Positions 19,253 through 29,300 of a stretch of 64,000 nucleotides of DNA are shown in pieces (position 1 is the first letter of the stretch; each line of letters begins with the position of its first letter). The stretch is taken from IMG/VR virus record IMGVR_UViG_3300042350_002513; one strand, 5' to 3'. Source of the stretch: an uncultured virus (IMG/VR IMGVR_UViG_3300042350_002513) (lineage: Duplodnaviria; Heunggongvirae; Uroviricota; Caudoviricetes). A program made the translations under genes and the position numbers. The notes beneath the pieces were generated by a model that saw only the letters and a program-made list of their open reading frames with translations, had not been told where the DNA came from and searched no databases.

Positions 19253-21553
19253 TTATAATCCATATGTTGCACGGGTTGCATTGAAATTTTGTAATACTTC
19301 TGAAGAGGTCAATGATCGGCTATATATTTTTACATTAGGAATTTCTCCATCGTAACTTCTTGTTAAAACTCCACCAGCAGCCCCATCAAAATCTGCGCCT
19401 ATCGCAATTGGTGTTGTTACTGAGCGTAGAGGCTTGTTGCCATTAGTGTCTGTTTGAATAAAGACTCCATTTCTATACCAAGAAACATTACCATTATCAT
19501 ATACAACTGTATAATTGATATATGATGAAGTTGAAAGGCTATGAGGTATAGAATGTGTACTATAACCATCACCATTTGCGCTGCCCACCAAGAAATAAAT
19601 ACTTCCTTGAGCAAACCAATTAAAAAATAATAAGAAACAAAAGTTAAAATCAGCACTAGACCCCCATTTAGATACCAAACTAGTTTGCGTTGTTGTACTA
19701 TTTGGTTTTGTCCATACATCAATTGTTAATTGTGTATTGCTAGGTAATGTGATTATATTTGTATTTATAAAACTCTTATTTGCAGGAGTAAAAGTATAAC
19801 CGCTAGAACTATAAAGTATATTTGATATATTTGAATTGTTATTATTTCCACTTAAATCTACTATTCCTGCTCCACCAGAAGCAGTTCCTGTTTCGTATGG
19901 TCCAAATGCTAAATTGTAAACTTGTACGTTGTTATGATAAAAACTACTATCAAGATACAAAGGACTAGTTGAAGTTCTTCTGACTGACCTTGTTAGAACT
20001 CCATCTACAAAATAACTAACGTTTATTCCATCGTATATGATCTCAAAAAGTGTTGAAGAAGTGTAAGCTATTGAAGCACCAATACCAGTACCGCTTTCAA
20101 ACACAACTGCCGTGGCAGTGTCTGTTATATACCAAGCATAATCTAATGTTGTATATTGAATACCTTTAATTACTGGGTTTGTGTTTAAAGATATCATCGC
20201 CGCCAAATTTGTTTGGCTTGCATAGAAACTTACATAGCATGGAGTTGTATATGATTCTGTGCTATAAATTCTAGCATTTACCCAGCTATTTCCTGCTGTA
20301 TTTTTTGTAAATCTTGATTCTCCAGAAACAGATTGAGTTACGTTTGCTAAATTTGCAGTAAATGAATTACCGGGGTATTTAAAAGCGGCTGGTTTTTTTA
20401 ATGTATTTATTGTTAATGTCGGATTTTTCATTAACAGGTATCCGCTTGTAGCAAATCTACTTGGATTACAAAATCCGGGATATAAAAACACTGCCAATGT
20501 TCCGCCTCCTGCTCCTGCAACAGCACTGGTTAGAGTTACAGTTCTCCAAACCCCTTTAGTCAAGTCAGGAACACTTAAAGTACCTGCCGGTGCATTTCCT
20601 CCATAATTTTCAAGCACTAAAAGAGTAGCATTATTTCCATTTACTCCGGGATCAACAGCATCTGAACTAATAAAATAATCGCATGAGAAAACGGCATATT
20701 CTCCAGATTTTATATTGACAGTATTTCCATGATAATGACAACCATTTGTTCCCAAGTCGTACCTATAAACGATGTCATTTTGTTTTATTATGTAATCTCC
20801 AAATATTTGATTATAACCAAGTCTTGTAAACGTTCCAGTTCCATTAATAGCAAACGTTACGTTATTGTTCGCGCCAGATCCTTCGCCAGATGTTCCATAT
20901 GATTTAAACCAATTAATATCTTTTTCTCTACGAGGAACAATGTCGTTATTTTTAAGTTGATAACTTCTTACAAATGGAGTAGCATAAGATTTCTGCTCCA
21001 ATTGCCTACCATCAATATAATAAGTAGTACCTACAGTATTAATTCCTGCAAAATTTATTCTACAAACAACGAAAAAAGTATTAGACTGTGTTGTAAAAGT
21101 ATGAGTAACTCTTTTCCATTTTCCAACATCTGCTTGAGTTATCGCTCCGCCACCATTTTCTGTTATATATCCAATATCAGACCCATATTGCACGGGTCGT
21201 AATACATCTAAAGAAACTCCAGCAGGCATACTCTCTACATATACATAACAACTATAAGTATATACAGTTGAACCTCTAACAGGAATGATTGATTCCATGT
21301 CTAACATTGCATCAGCGCCAGTACTATTTCTAGACGCTCTTAAAGAGTAATCTCCAAAATAAGAAAATGCAGTAGATCTAGCTGCTGTAGCATTTGCTGG
21401 ATAATAAGTACTTACAGCGTTTTCAAAAGAGTCATAATCAGCAAAAATTAAATTAGTTGTAGGCTCACCACGAAAACTCTTTAAAAATTCTCGGTTATAG
21501 TACAACTGTAAATCTTTTTTTACTATTCCTCTGTTGGCGTGTTGAACGGACAT
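19253..21553 (-). CDS. LamG/CBM multi-domain virion protein
   Basis: YTYSCYVY...WKRV...IDGRQLEQ jelly-roll modules and a C-terminal LamG ending QNFNATRATYGL. Confidence 0.8.
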   Translation of the reverse strand: MSVQHANRGIVKKDLQLYYNREFLKSFRGEPTTNLIFADYDSFENAVSTYYPANATAARSTAFSYFGDYSLRASRNSTGADAMLDMESIIPVRGSTVYTYSCYVYVESMPAGVSLDVLRPVQYGSDIGYITENGGGAITQADVGKWKRVTHTFTTQSNTFFVVCRINFAGINTVGTTYYIDGRQLEQKSYATPFVRSYQLKNNDIVPRREKDINWFKSYGTSGEGSGANNNVTFAINGTGTFTRLGYNQIFGDYIIKQNDIVYRYDLGTNGCHYHGNTVNIKSGEYAVFSCDYFISSDAVDPGVNGNNATLLVLENYGGNAPAGTLSVPDLTKGVWRTVTLTSAVAGAGGGTLAVFLYPGFCNPSRFATSGYLLMKNPTLTINTLKKPAAFKYPGNSFTANLANVTQSVSGESRFTKNTAGNSWVNARIYSTESYTTPCYVSFYASQTNLAAMISLNTNPVIKGIQYTTLDYAWYITDTATAVVFESGTGIGASIAYTSSTLFEIIYDGINVSYFVDGVLTRSVRRTSTSPLYLDSSFYHNNVQVYNLAFGPYETGTASGGAGIVDLSGNNNNSNISNILYSSSGYTFTPANKSFINTNIITLPSNTQLTIDVWTKPNSTTTQTSLVSKWGSSADFNFCFLLFFNWFAQGSIYFLVGSANGDGYSTHSIPHSLSTSSYINYTVVYDNGNVSWYRNGVFIQTDTNGNKPLRSVTTPIAIGADFDGAAGGVLTRSYDGEIPNVKIYSRSLTSSEVLQNFNATRATYGL

Positions 21554-21580
21554 AATAAGTTTTACACTATTATTATATTG

Positions 21581-21856
21581 TTAATTTGAGGGTAAGAATA
21601 CTTTACCTACTACTGAATCTCTTTTACTCAATAGTTTTTGTTTTAGGACTTCAATTCGGTCTTTAACTTTTTCATAAACTAATTGGCACACCTCTTCTTG
21701 GTCTTTTCCTGTGCATTCCAATAAAGTAGCCACCTCTTCTATGTTTAAAGACTTATTATTAGTTGTGTCAGTTAATAAAAACCCAACAATAATTCTGTCA
21801 GGACTATCAACTGGGCATAACTCGTATTTGTATATTTTGTATTCAATTTCTTCCAT
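21581..21856 (-). CDS. Hypothetical protein (possible fibre chaperone)
   Basis: 91-aa ORF directly after the giant fibre gene. Confidence 0.6.
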   Translation of the reverse strand: MEEIEYKIYKYELCPVDSPDRIIVGFLLTDTTNNKSLNIEEVATLLECTGKDQEEVCQLVYEKVKDRIEVLKQKLLSKRDSVVGKVFLPSN

Positions 21857-21862
21857 AAAATT

Positions 21863-24800
21863 TTATTTGTATAGTGGTATAAATACTGTATCTCCGGGAT
21901 TGGCCGCGCCAGTTTGAATTGGCATCCATCCAACAAATGTTTTACCAGCCGTACCTCCTGCTGCTCCTACAAGTTGAGCAGTTTCAACTCTAAGAACTGG
22001 AGCAGTACCATCGCCTTTAATATGAAGCCTTGCTGCGGCTGGATTAGTTAAACCAATTCCAACGTTACCATTAGTTTCTAATGAGTGATAAGTGCTTGCT
22101 CCAGCGCCCAAAAGGAGTTTTCCATTGTCTGTCCTAATTGTAGAGTTTCCTAATCCGCCGTCTGTTGATCTATTAGAAGAATTAGTGAACATCACCAATC
22201 CATTAAGGTTACTATTTCTACGGAATACTAACGCAGCAAAAGCATTTGATCCTGTATTAGCATTTCTAACGGCAGAAATATTCCCTCCGTTTACATCATC
22301 ATAAACATCAAACTTTGTATCAGGAACTGTAGTTCCAACACCAACGTAACCATTGCTTGCGTCAATGCGCATTCTTTCTGATGTACCATTAGCATAGAAT
22401 CTTAAGTGAGCCGCAGTTGTACCATTGCTGTTATAATTAATGAACATACCATCTGTATTGACCGTAGATTCATTTCTAAGAACTCTTATGTTTGCGTATA
22501 TATCGTTAGCGCTAGAGGCAGTGTTTAATACCGCGACTGTTCCAAATCTTAGAATGTTTGCAGAAGCAATGCTAACATCACCACCAGAGACTTGCAATCT
22601 ATAAGCTGGATTTGTTAAACCAATACCAACATTGCCTAAATTATTAATTCTAACTCTTTCTACGTTAGGAAGATCAAATGGAGAAGTATGCAATGCAAGA
22701 CCGACTTTTCTATTATAACCTGCTCCTGCTCCACCAGCGCCGATGTCTTCTTCTGAAACAGCATATATACAAGCAGATTTTTCAAGAGCATTTGGCGCAT
22801 CAACGCTGCCGCCACCCATCTTTATACCCCATTTTGCATTATTATTTGAATTAGACGCTGGAACAGCGTTAAATGGAGCAGTTAATATTAAGAAGTCATT
22901 AACCAAATTAGCATTCATTAACGCACTGGTGCTAATTGAACCTAATTGTATTCTTGAACCTGTAGGAGTAGTTTCTACAACATGTAATCTACTGGTGGGA
23001 GTAGTTATATTTATACCAAAATTTCCACCATTTTTTAATGTAACTTGTTGAGAACCAGATCCAGCAGCACCAAATATTAGATCTCCGCCATTTGTATGGA
23101 GACGAACGTCATTTGAACCAGCCTCTCTTCTCATTCCATGAGACGAACCTCCAACGAAAAATCCTCCTGCTACCGCATTACTATTAGCATCAGATACCAC
23201 GAATCCTCTAACATCTAATTTTTGAGCAGCGGCTGTCGCGCCTATGCCTACGTTGCCATTTGTAACAGCTAAATATGTATTATAGTTTGTGCTTACAGTT
23301 CCATCACCATAAACAACCATTGAAGTAAGATTATTAGAGCTTCCTCTAAAAGATGTTGATCCACCATTAGTAGAGGATATAATGTTAGAACCGCCATCTA
23401 AATAATTCAAATGAGTGAAAAAAGAAGAACTTGATGCGATACGAATCTCACCGTTAACTTGTAATTTAGAAGCTGGATTAGTTGTGCCAATACCTAAATT
23501 TCCCTCAACGATTAATCCATTCGCAGGAGCAGCGACATTATAAGTATTTGAACCTATACTTGCGTTACCAATAACAGATAATTTATTAATAGGATTATTT
23601 GTGCCAATTCCTACTTCGTTATTTTTTACTACTAAGTCGCCGCTGCCATATTGACCCATTACTATTCTATCGTCTGCGAATACTTCAAGCACTGGTAAAC
23701 CAGCAGAGTTATTAACGGACATCAAAGAGTCGCTCAAATCATCTACAACACTAAACAACGTACCATTTGTTCCATCCGCTCTAAATACAGTATCATTTGA
23801 AACAGAAGAAACGACATGAAGTTTACCACTAGGCAATGTCGTACCTATTCCAAGATTTCCTGCGGTAGTAGTATTAATAGATCTAATATAATCTAATCGT
23901 GCTACCGCTTCAGACTCAGAAGTATCTCTTGTAAACCAAGTTAGCCAATTGCTCCCTGCTTTATTTAAGAATCTAATATTACTATAGTGATAAAGAATAT
24001 CGCGTAATTCTAGAGATCCAACTATTTGGAAATTGCCATCTGTTTTTAAAATATTTTCACCAATACGGTAAAGATTCACTTCAGTGTCTCCACCAAATGT
24101 TATACCACTAGCTGCCGTTGTAGAACCTAAACCACCAACAGATAATAAAGTAGTTGGGGTATTTGTACCAATACCGACTCTACCATTTTGTTTAATACGC
24201 ATGGTTTCGGGGCGGTTATAAAGATTTTCATTTACATAATTATTTTGAAATATATGATCTTGATAAGCACCATATATCATACTATCTGAACCTACAGCCG
24301 CTCCTGCATTTCCAAATGCGACATATCCACCAACATTATTATCTAAGAAAACTAAACCTGCATATGTTCCATTATCAGCAGAATTTCTGAATGTTATGTA
24401 ATTACTTGCATTAGAATCAAGTAACACATTTGTTCCTGCTGGAGTAGTGCCGATTCCCGCTGGAATAGAAGCGCGGACATTCAATAGCGCAGTAGGAGTA
24501 GTTGAACCTATACCGACAAATGATCCATCAATAACCATCCTTGTAGTACCACTTGTACCAAAAGAAAGAGGTTGGTTATTTAAAGTTTGTAATTTAACTT
24601 GATAGCTAGTTCCATCTCTTACAGCAGAAAATTCTCCCAAAGCAACCCCTAATTCACTCAATTTAAAACCTACTTTATTATTAGCAGAAACTCCATTGCT
24701 TCTAATATTAGCTAATATATTTTCGCCGCTATTTAAGTTAACTTGGAATTTGTCTCCGGGATTTGTTATACCTATACCAACATTACCATTACCAACTGGT

Positions 24801-27800
24801 ACAACACAAACATCATTTCCACCATAATTTAAATAAAGAGGTACACTTCCTTGGCTTTGAACTTCGGCTGCTGTCGCATTAGTGCCTAATGCTAAAGTAG
24901 TTGTCCCATTAGTTATTTTTTCTTGAAAGACTGAACCTAATGTTCCCGGACCGCTTACATTAAGTAAAGATGAAGCATTTGTTACTCCTATTCCAACATT
25001 GCCACCCATCAATGCCAACTTTTGTGTATCAATTCTTAGACGGGTAGTATTGATTATAAAAATATTTCTATTACTGAAATCAAAACAGACTATATTGCTT
25101 CCATTCCAAGCCCAACCAGTAATATTTGGCGGGAAAGTAGTTATAGTAGCAAGCGGAGTTCCATCTAATCCTACTTTATAAATATTTGCACCATTTTGTG
25201 TTGCCCATAAATAAGAACCATCATAAGTAATAGCTTGCGCAGATATAGTCCCCGCCGCCCCTACATACGTTGAAACTAAATCAATAGAAGAGCCATTCCA
25301 TTTATAAATATACAATGTTCCAGAATAAATTAAATATAAATGACCATCTGCATATTCAACATCGTAAGTAGCATTAATAGCAAGAGTCGCTGATTCCGCA
25401 ATTATTGTAGCTGTTTGAGTTGTAGTGTCTAAATCATAACCTACTATTTTACTTGCGGAACCTGTATAAACTACGCACCATAAATATCTACCATCCCAAG
25501 CAGCACCATGAGGAGCGCCATATCCAGATGGAAGAGGTAATGTTACGAAATAATAACCATAAGCATTAGTTATTTGAACAAAATTATTATCATAAAAATA
25601 CGCACGATAATTCGCTTGATCAGTAAAAATATAATGCTTGCCAGTCCAAACAATGCCTCTAAATTGAGTATTTGCGACAAGCTTACCAGTATCATAATAA
25701 GTTATGCCTGAATCAGTAGCGTCTGCGCCAAAAGAACTAATACCCGGATAAGAAGTGGTATAAGAAGCTGTTTTGTGAGAGAGGATATTAGAACTAGGTC
25801 TAATCGTACCAACTACGTCTAATTTTGCCCCCGGAGCAGTAGTTCCTATTCCAACATTATTGTCATAACCTACTGACATCATTACAGTAGCGGCAACATT
25901 AGCTACTCTATTTATAGCAAAATCAATTCTTGTATCTGTGTTGCTATTCCAATAAGGAGTAATTTGAGCGCGATAACCAGTGCCAGTATCGAATCTTAAT
26001 TGAATACCTTTGCCTTGAGTAGAAGCTATATCTAAATTAAAAAGAGCATTTTGTAAATTTCCTACTCCAAGATAACCACCATTTGTAAGTACAAGGACAT
26101 TGTTAGCATTTACATTTCCATTATAAGCTATATTTAAAAAGTTAGTATCAAGACCAACAGAATAAAAAACACCACCATTTCTTTGAAGTCTTACTACTTC
26201 AGAAAAAGCTCCCTGAGCATTATTAATATGCAAACCTCCAGAAGGAATAGTGGTGCCAATTCCTACGTTAGCACCATTTGGATTTAATAAAAGTGGATAA
26301 TTAAAATTTAATGCAGTTTCATCTGTTGATTGAATCCAAGCACCATTTCCTGCTGCTCTAATGCCAAAATCTAGGACAGCGTTGTCTGTAGTATTGCTTA
26401 TTCTGAAAATTCCACTTTGAGTTGCGGCAATAGAAGCAGGATTACCAACAGTTCCATCGATTTGGAATTTTTGAACTGGGAAAGCTGTACCAATTCCTAC
26501 TCTCCCCGCTTCATTTGTAAATATCTGTTTTGTATTTGCGGAAGTGGCGATTTGATAAGTGTAAGGTTGAACCCAGAAATTTGATAATGATACCGCACTA
26601 GGAGAAGGGCCATTTACTGTTACTGTAATAGTATTAGCAAGACCAGTACCGAGACCATTATTTACAGCACCATTAGTTTTTAAAACTAAAGATACGCCTC
26701 CAAAACCAGTAACAGGATTATCAGATAAAACTAATAATGTGACATCATCAGGGCTGCAACCATAAACAGCAAATTCTTGCAATTTTGCAGAACACCATAT
26801 TTCATTTGGCCTATAAGATATATTAGAACTAACTAGAAATGATCCCGCCCAACTAATATTTCCACCATTTACTAAAACTTTGACTGTTTGAGATGTATAA
26901 CTAGAATTTCCTAATATTATAGAGTATTGGCCCCAGTTAGCAGCAGCAGTCTTAGTGACTGAAGAATAATAAGCAGAGTTAGAATTATAAATTAATCCTG
27001 CGACGTTAAGAGATCCATCTGTTTTAATGGTATCTTCGGCGGCGCGATAAAGATTTGCTTGAGCATCATTGCCAAATGTAATACCGCTTGCAGCAGTCGT
27101 TGAACCCGCTCCACCAATTGCGAGAAGAGAAAGAGGGGTTACTCCACCAATTGAAACTTGAGAGTTATTTAAAACTTTTAATGAACTTTTCCAGTTAGCG
27201 TGAGAAACTGCTCCTCCAATATAAGATCCAACATCTACTAGTGGAGTAGTCGTGCCACTATAATCACCTACTAATCTTAAACCAGCAGTAGACTGATCCA
27301 TTCCAATACCAGCCCATCCACTATATGTACTTAAAATTAAAGGATTATTAGCTACAGTATTACCAAAAGAAAGAGCAATCGCCGCAGTTGTTCCTGAGAT
27401 AGATAATTTAGATTGAGGATTTGTACTTCCTATTCCAATAAATCCATTATTCTTAATAAATAAACCATCATAAGTGCCTTTAAATCTACTATCTGTTACT
27501 GGAAATTCATATCTGTTGAAGCCAAGAAGACCAGCAACAGTTGCGCCTGTACCTGTCGCAGTAGTTTCTGTTAATACAGTGTTTGCCTTTATTCTCGCAA
27601 AAACCGCCATTGCGGCACAAGCACCACCCAAGGATCTAAAACGCAAATCAACAGCACCGCCAGTAGTAGCTAATCTAGCATCAACAACCACACCATTAGG
27701 CTCACCTGCATAATGAGCTTGAGTTCTACTTGGTAATTGAACCCAATCTGTTGTCGCTCCAGTATAAAAATTAGCAATCAACTCAAACATTGAGTATTCA

Positions 27801-29296
27801 ATTGTGCCGCAATCATGATGAAATATTTCAATAGTAGCTCTAATAGAATTAGCAGAAGCAGCTAAAGCTCCAATTTCTGTAAAACTACCTGCTGCGGCGG
27901 CGACACTTCTTGCTATAGCTATTACATGCTCGTCTGCATTAGTATCATTTAAATTCCAATACAAACTTCCTTTTACATGCAGCCTTTTAGTTGGGTTAGT
28001 TGTATTTATTCCAAAATTACCATTTGATCCAATATAAGCACTTTCGTTGCTAGTATTTGTCCTAAAATACATCGCAGAATTTGCCGCTAATATCATGTTT
28101 CCATTACTTGACGCTTTCGTAGCTATGCCAAATGAACCACCATCTCTACCTCCAACTATTTGGTTACTACCAATTGTTCCTAATTGAACTTCGTCACCAT
28201 TGGTTCCAGTTACATGTAGTTTAAAAGCAGGATTTGTTAAGCCTATACCAACATTCCCACCGCTTGCAATATAAACAGTAGCACTTCCTAAAATGTCTGT
28301 AAATTGAATACCATTTGCTCTACCATATAATTGGCCAATAAAATTATTCGTTTGATCATTAAATAATGCAATACCATAACCACCAGCAGGTCCAATTTGA
28401 CCAACGCCAGTAACCCTCAAAGACCCAGCGACTTCTAATTTCGCTGAAGGATTATTTGTACCTATGCCAACATTACCATTAGTAGTAGAGAATATAGGAG
28501 CAACAAGCATTGAGTCTCCTCTAGACAAATACTGACCCCTTACTTCGCCATAATCTAAACCTTTGCCTTTATATATTTTAACTTCATCTATTATTCCATA
28601 GAAGAATTGGCCGACGGCGTGAGCGGATCTACCAATGTATCCCGCTGAAGCCACTTGAATGTTTGAACTATTTGCAACAGAAGATATTCTTGTTCCGTTA
28701 GAGTATACATTTAAAACAGAACTAACTCTTGTTACGACAATATGATACCAAACATTAGCTGCCCAAACTATAGCAGGAGCAGTTATTAAAGAATTTTGGA
28801 CATATACCTCTATAGTATTAAGATTAGCTTGAGGTCTAATTAGTATACCTGCTGTATACAGGCCAATTTCTATTAAGGTATTATTGAAGCCAGCAAAGCT
28901 ACTATTGGGTCTACACCAAAGTGAAACAGCAAAATCTCCAGTTCCAAAATCAAAATCAGTACTATCAGGCACAACTACATAATTAGCATTGCCTCCAAAA
29001 CCATCTAAAGCTGTACCTCTTATAGCAGTCGTCGTATAAGTTAAGCCAACAGAAGATGTATTATTTCTTCCTGTTTTATCTGATATTAATAATCCTGACC
29101 CTTCGTCAAATCCATAATAAGCCACTAACCCGTGATCGCTTGGAGCTGTTATTGTAGAATCGTTTGCTATTCTATAAAAAGACGAGCCGTCTATATTAAC
29201 ATTTCCAACGACATCTAGTTTAGCTCCGGGAGCCGTTGAGCCTATGCCTACGTTATTTTCATTTGTTTGAATTGCGGGAATTGTTTTATTAGCCAT
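21863..29296 (-). CDS. Giant tail-fibre-like protein, 2477 aa
   Basis: Many GNVGIGTTNP..KL.V repeats, an N-terminal LamG domain and a (W/Y)DG.YLW beta-propeller-like segment. Confidence 0.8.
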   Translation of the reverse strand: MANKTIPAIQTNENNVGIGSTAPGAKLDVVGNVNIDGSSFYRIANDSTITAPSDHGLVAYYGFDEGSGLLISDKTGRNNTSSVGLTYTTTAIRGTALDGFGGNANYVVVPDSTDFDFGTGDFAVSLWCRPNSSFAGFNNTLIEIGLYTAGILIRPQANLNTIEVYVQNSLITAPAIVWAANVWYHIVVTRVSSVLNVYSNGTRISSVANSSNIQVASAGYIGRSAHAVGQFFYGIIDEVKIYKGKGLDYGEVRGQYLSRGDSMLVAPIFSTTNGNVGIGTNNPSAKLEVAGSLRVTGVGQIGPAGGYGIALFNDQTNNFIGQLYGRANGIQFTDILGSATVYIASGGNVGIGLTNPAFKLHVTGTNGDEVQLGTIGSNQIVGGRDGGSFGIATKASSNGNMILAANSAMYFRTNTSNESAYIGSNGNFGINTTNPTKRLHVKGSLYWNLNDTNADEHVIAIARSVAAAAGSFTEIGALAASANSIRATIEIFHHDCGTIEYSMFELIANFYTGATTDWVQLPSRTQAHYAGEPNGVVVDARLATTGGAVDLRFRSLGGACAAMAVFARIKANTVLTETTATGTGATVAGLLGFNRYEFPVTDSRFKGTYDGLFIKNNGFIGIGSTNPQSKLSISGTTAAIALSFGNTVANNPLILSTYSGWAGIGMDQSTAGLRLVGDYSGTTTPLVDVGSYIGGAVSHANWKSSLKVLNNSQVSIGGVTPLSLLAIGGAGSTTAASGITFGNDAQANLYRAAEDTIKTDGSLNVAGLIYNSNSAYYSSVTKTAAANWGQYSIILGNSSYTSQTVKVLVNGGNISWAGSFLVSSNISYRPNEIWCSAKLQEFAVYGCSPDDVTLLVLSDNPVTGFGGVSLVLKTNGAVNNGLGTGLANTITVTVNGPSPSAVSLSNFWVQPYTYQIATSANTKQIFTNEAGRVGIGTAFPVQKFQIDGTVGNPASIAATQSGIFRISNTTDNAVLDFGIRAAGNGAWIQSTDETALNFNYPLLLNPNGANVGIGTTIPSGGLHINNAQGAFSEVVRLQRNGGVFYSVGLDTNFLNIAYNGNVNANNVLVLTNGGYLGVGNLQNALFNLDIASTQGKGIQLRFDTGTGYRAQITPYWNSNTDTRIDFAINRVANVAATVMMSVGYDNNVGIGTTAPGAKLDVVGTIRPSSNILSHKTASYTTSYPGISSFGADATDSGITYYDTGKLVANTQFRGIVWTGKHYIFTDQANYRAYFYDNNFVQITNAYGYYFVTLPLPSGYGAPHGAAWDGRYLWCVVYTGSASKIVGYDLDTTTQTATIIAESATLAINATYDVEYADGHLYLIYSGTLYIYKWNGSSIDLVSTYVGAAGTISAQAITYDGSYLWATQNGANIYKVGLDGTPLATITTFPPNITGWAWNGSNIVCFDFSNRNIFIINTTRLRIDTQKLALMGGNVGIGVTNASSLLNVSGPGTLGSVFQEKITNGTTTLALGTNATAAEVQSQGSVPLYLNYGGNDVCVVPVGNGNVGIGITNPGDKFQVNLNSGENILANIRSNGVSANNKVGFKLSELGVALGEFSAVRDGTSYQVKLQTLNNQPLSFGTSGTTRMVIDGSFVGIGSTTPTALLNVRASIPAGIGTTPAGTNVLLDSNASNYITFRNSADNGTYAGLVFLDNNVGGYVAFGNAGAAVGSDSMIYGAYQDHIFQNNYVNENLYNRPETMRIKQNGRVGIGTNTPTTLLSVGGLGSTTAASGITFGGDTEVNLYRIGENILKTDGNFQIVGSLELRDILYHYSNIRFLNKAGSNWLTWFTRDTSESEAVARLDYIRSINTTTAGNLGIGTTLPSGKLHVVSSVSNDTVFRADGTNGTLFSVVDDLSDSLMSVNNSAGLPVLEVFADDRIVMGQYGSGDLVVKNNEVGIGTNNPINKLSVIGNASIGSNTYNVAAPANGLIVEGNLGIGTTNPASKLQVNGEIRIASSSSFFTHLNYLDGGSNIISSTNGGSTSFRGSSNNLTSMVVYGDGTVSTNYNTYLAVTNGNVGIGATAAAQKLDVRGFVVSDANSNAVAGGFFVGGSSHGMRREAGSNDVRLHTNGGDLIFGAAGSGSQQVTLKNGGNFGINITTPTSRLHVVETTPTGSRIQLGSISTSALMNANLVNDFLILTAPFNAVPASNSNNNAKWGIKMGGGSVDAPNALEKSACIYAVSEEDIGAGGAGAGYNRKVGLALHTSPFDLPNVERVRINNLGNVGIGLTNPAYRLQVSGGDVSIASANILRFGTVAVLNTASSANDIYANIRVLRNESTVNTDGMFINYNSNGTTAAHLRFYANGTSERMRIDASNGYVGVGTTVPDTKFDVYDDVNGGNISAVRNANTGSNAFAALVFRRNSNLNGLVMFTNSSNRSTDGGLGNSTIRTDNGKLLLGAGASTYHSLETNGNVGIGLTNPAAARLHIKGDGTAPVLRVETAQLVGAAGGTAGKTFVGWMPIQTGAANPGDTVFIPLYK

Positions 29297-29300
29297 ATTA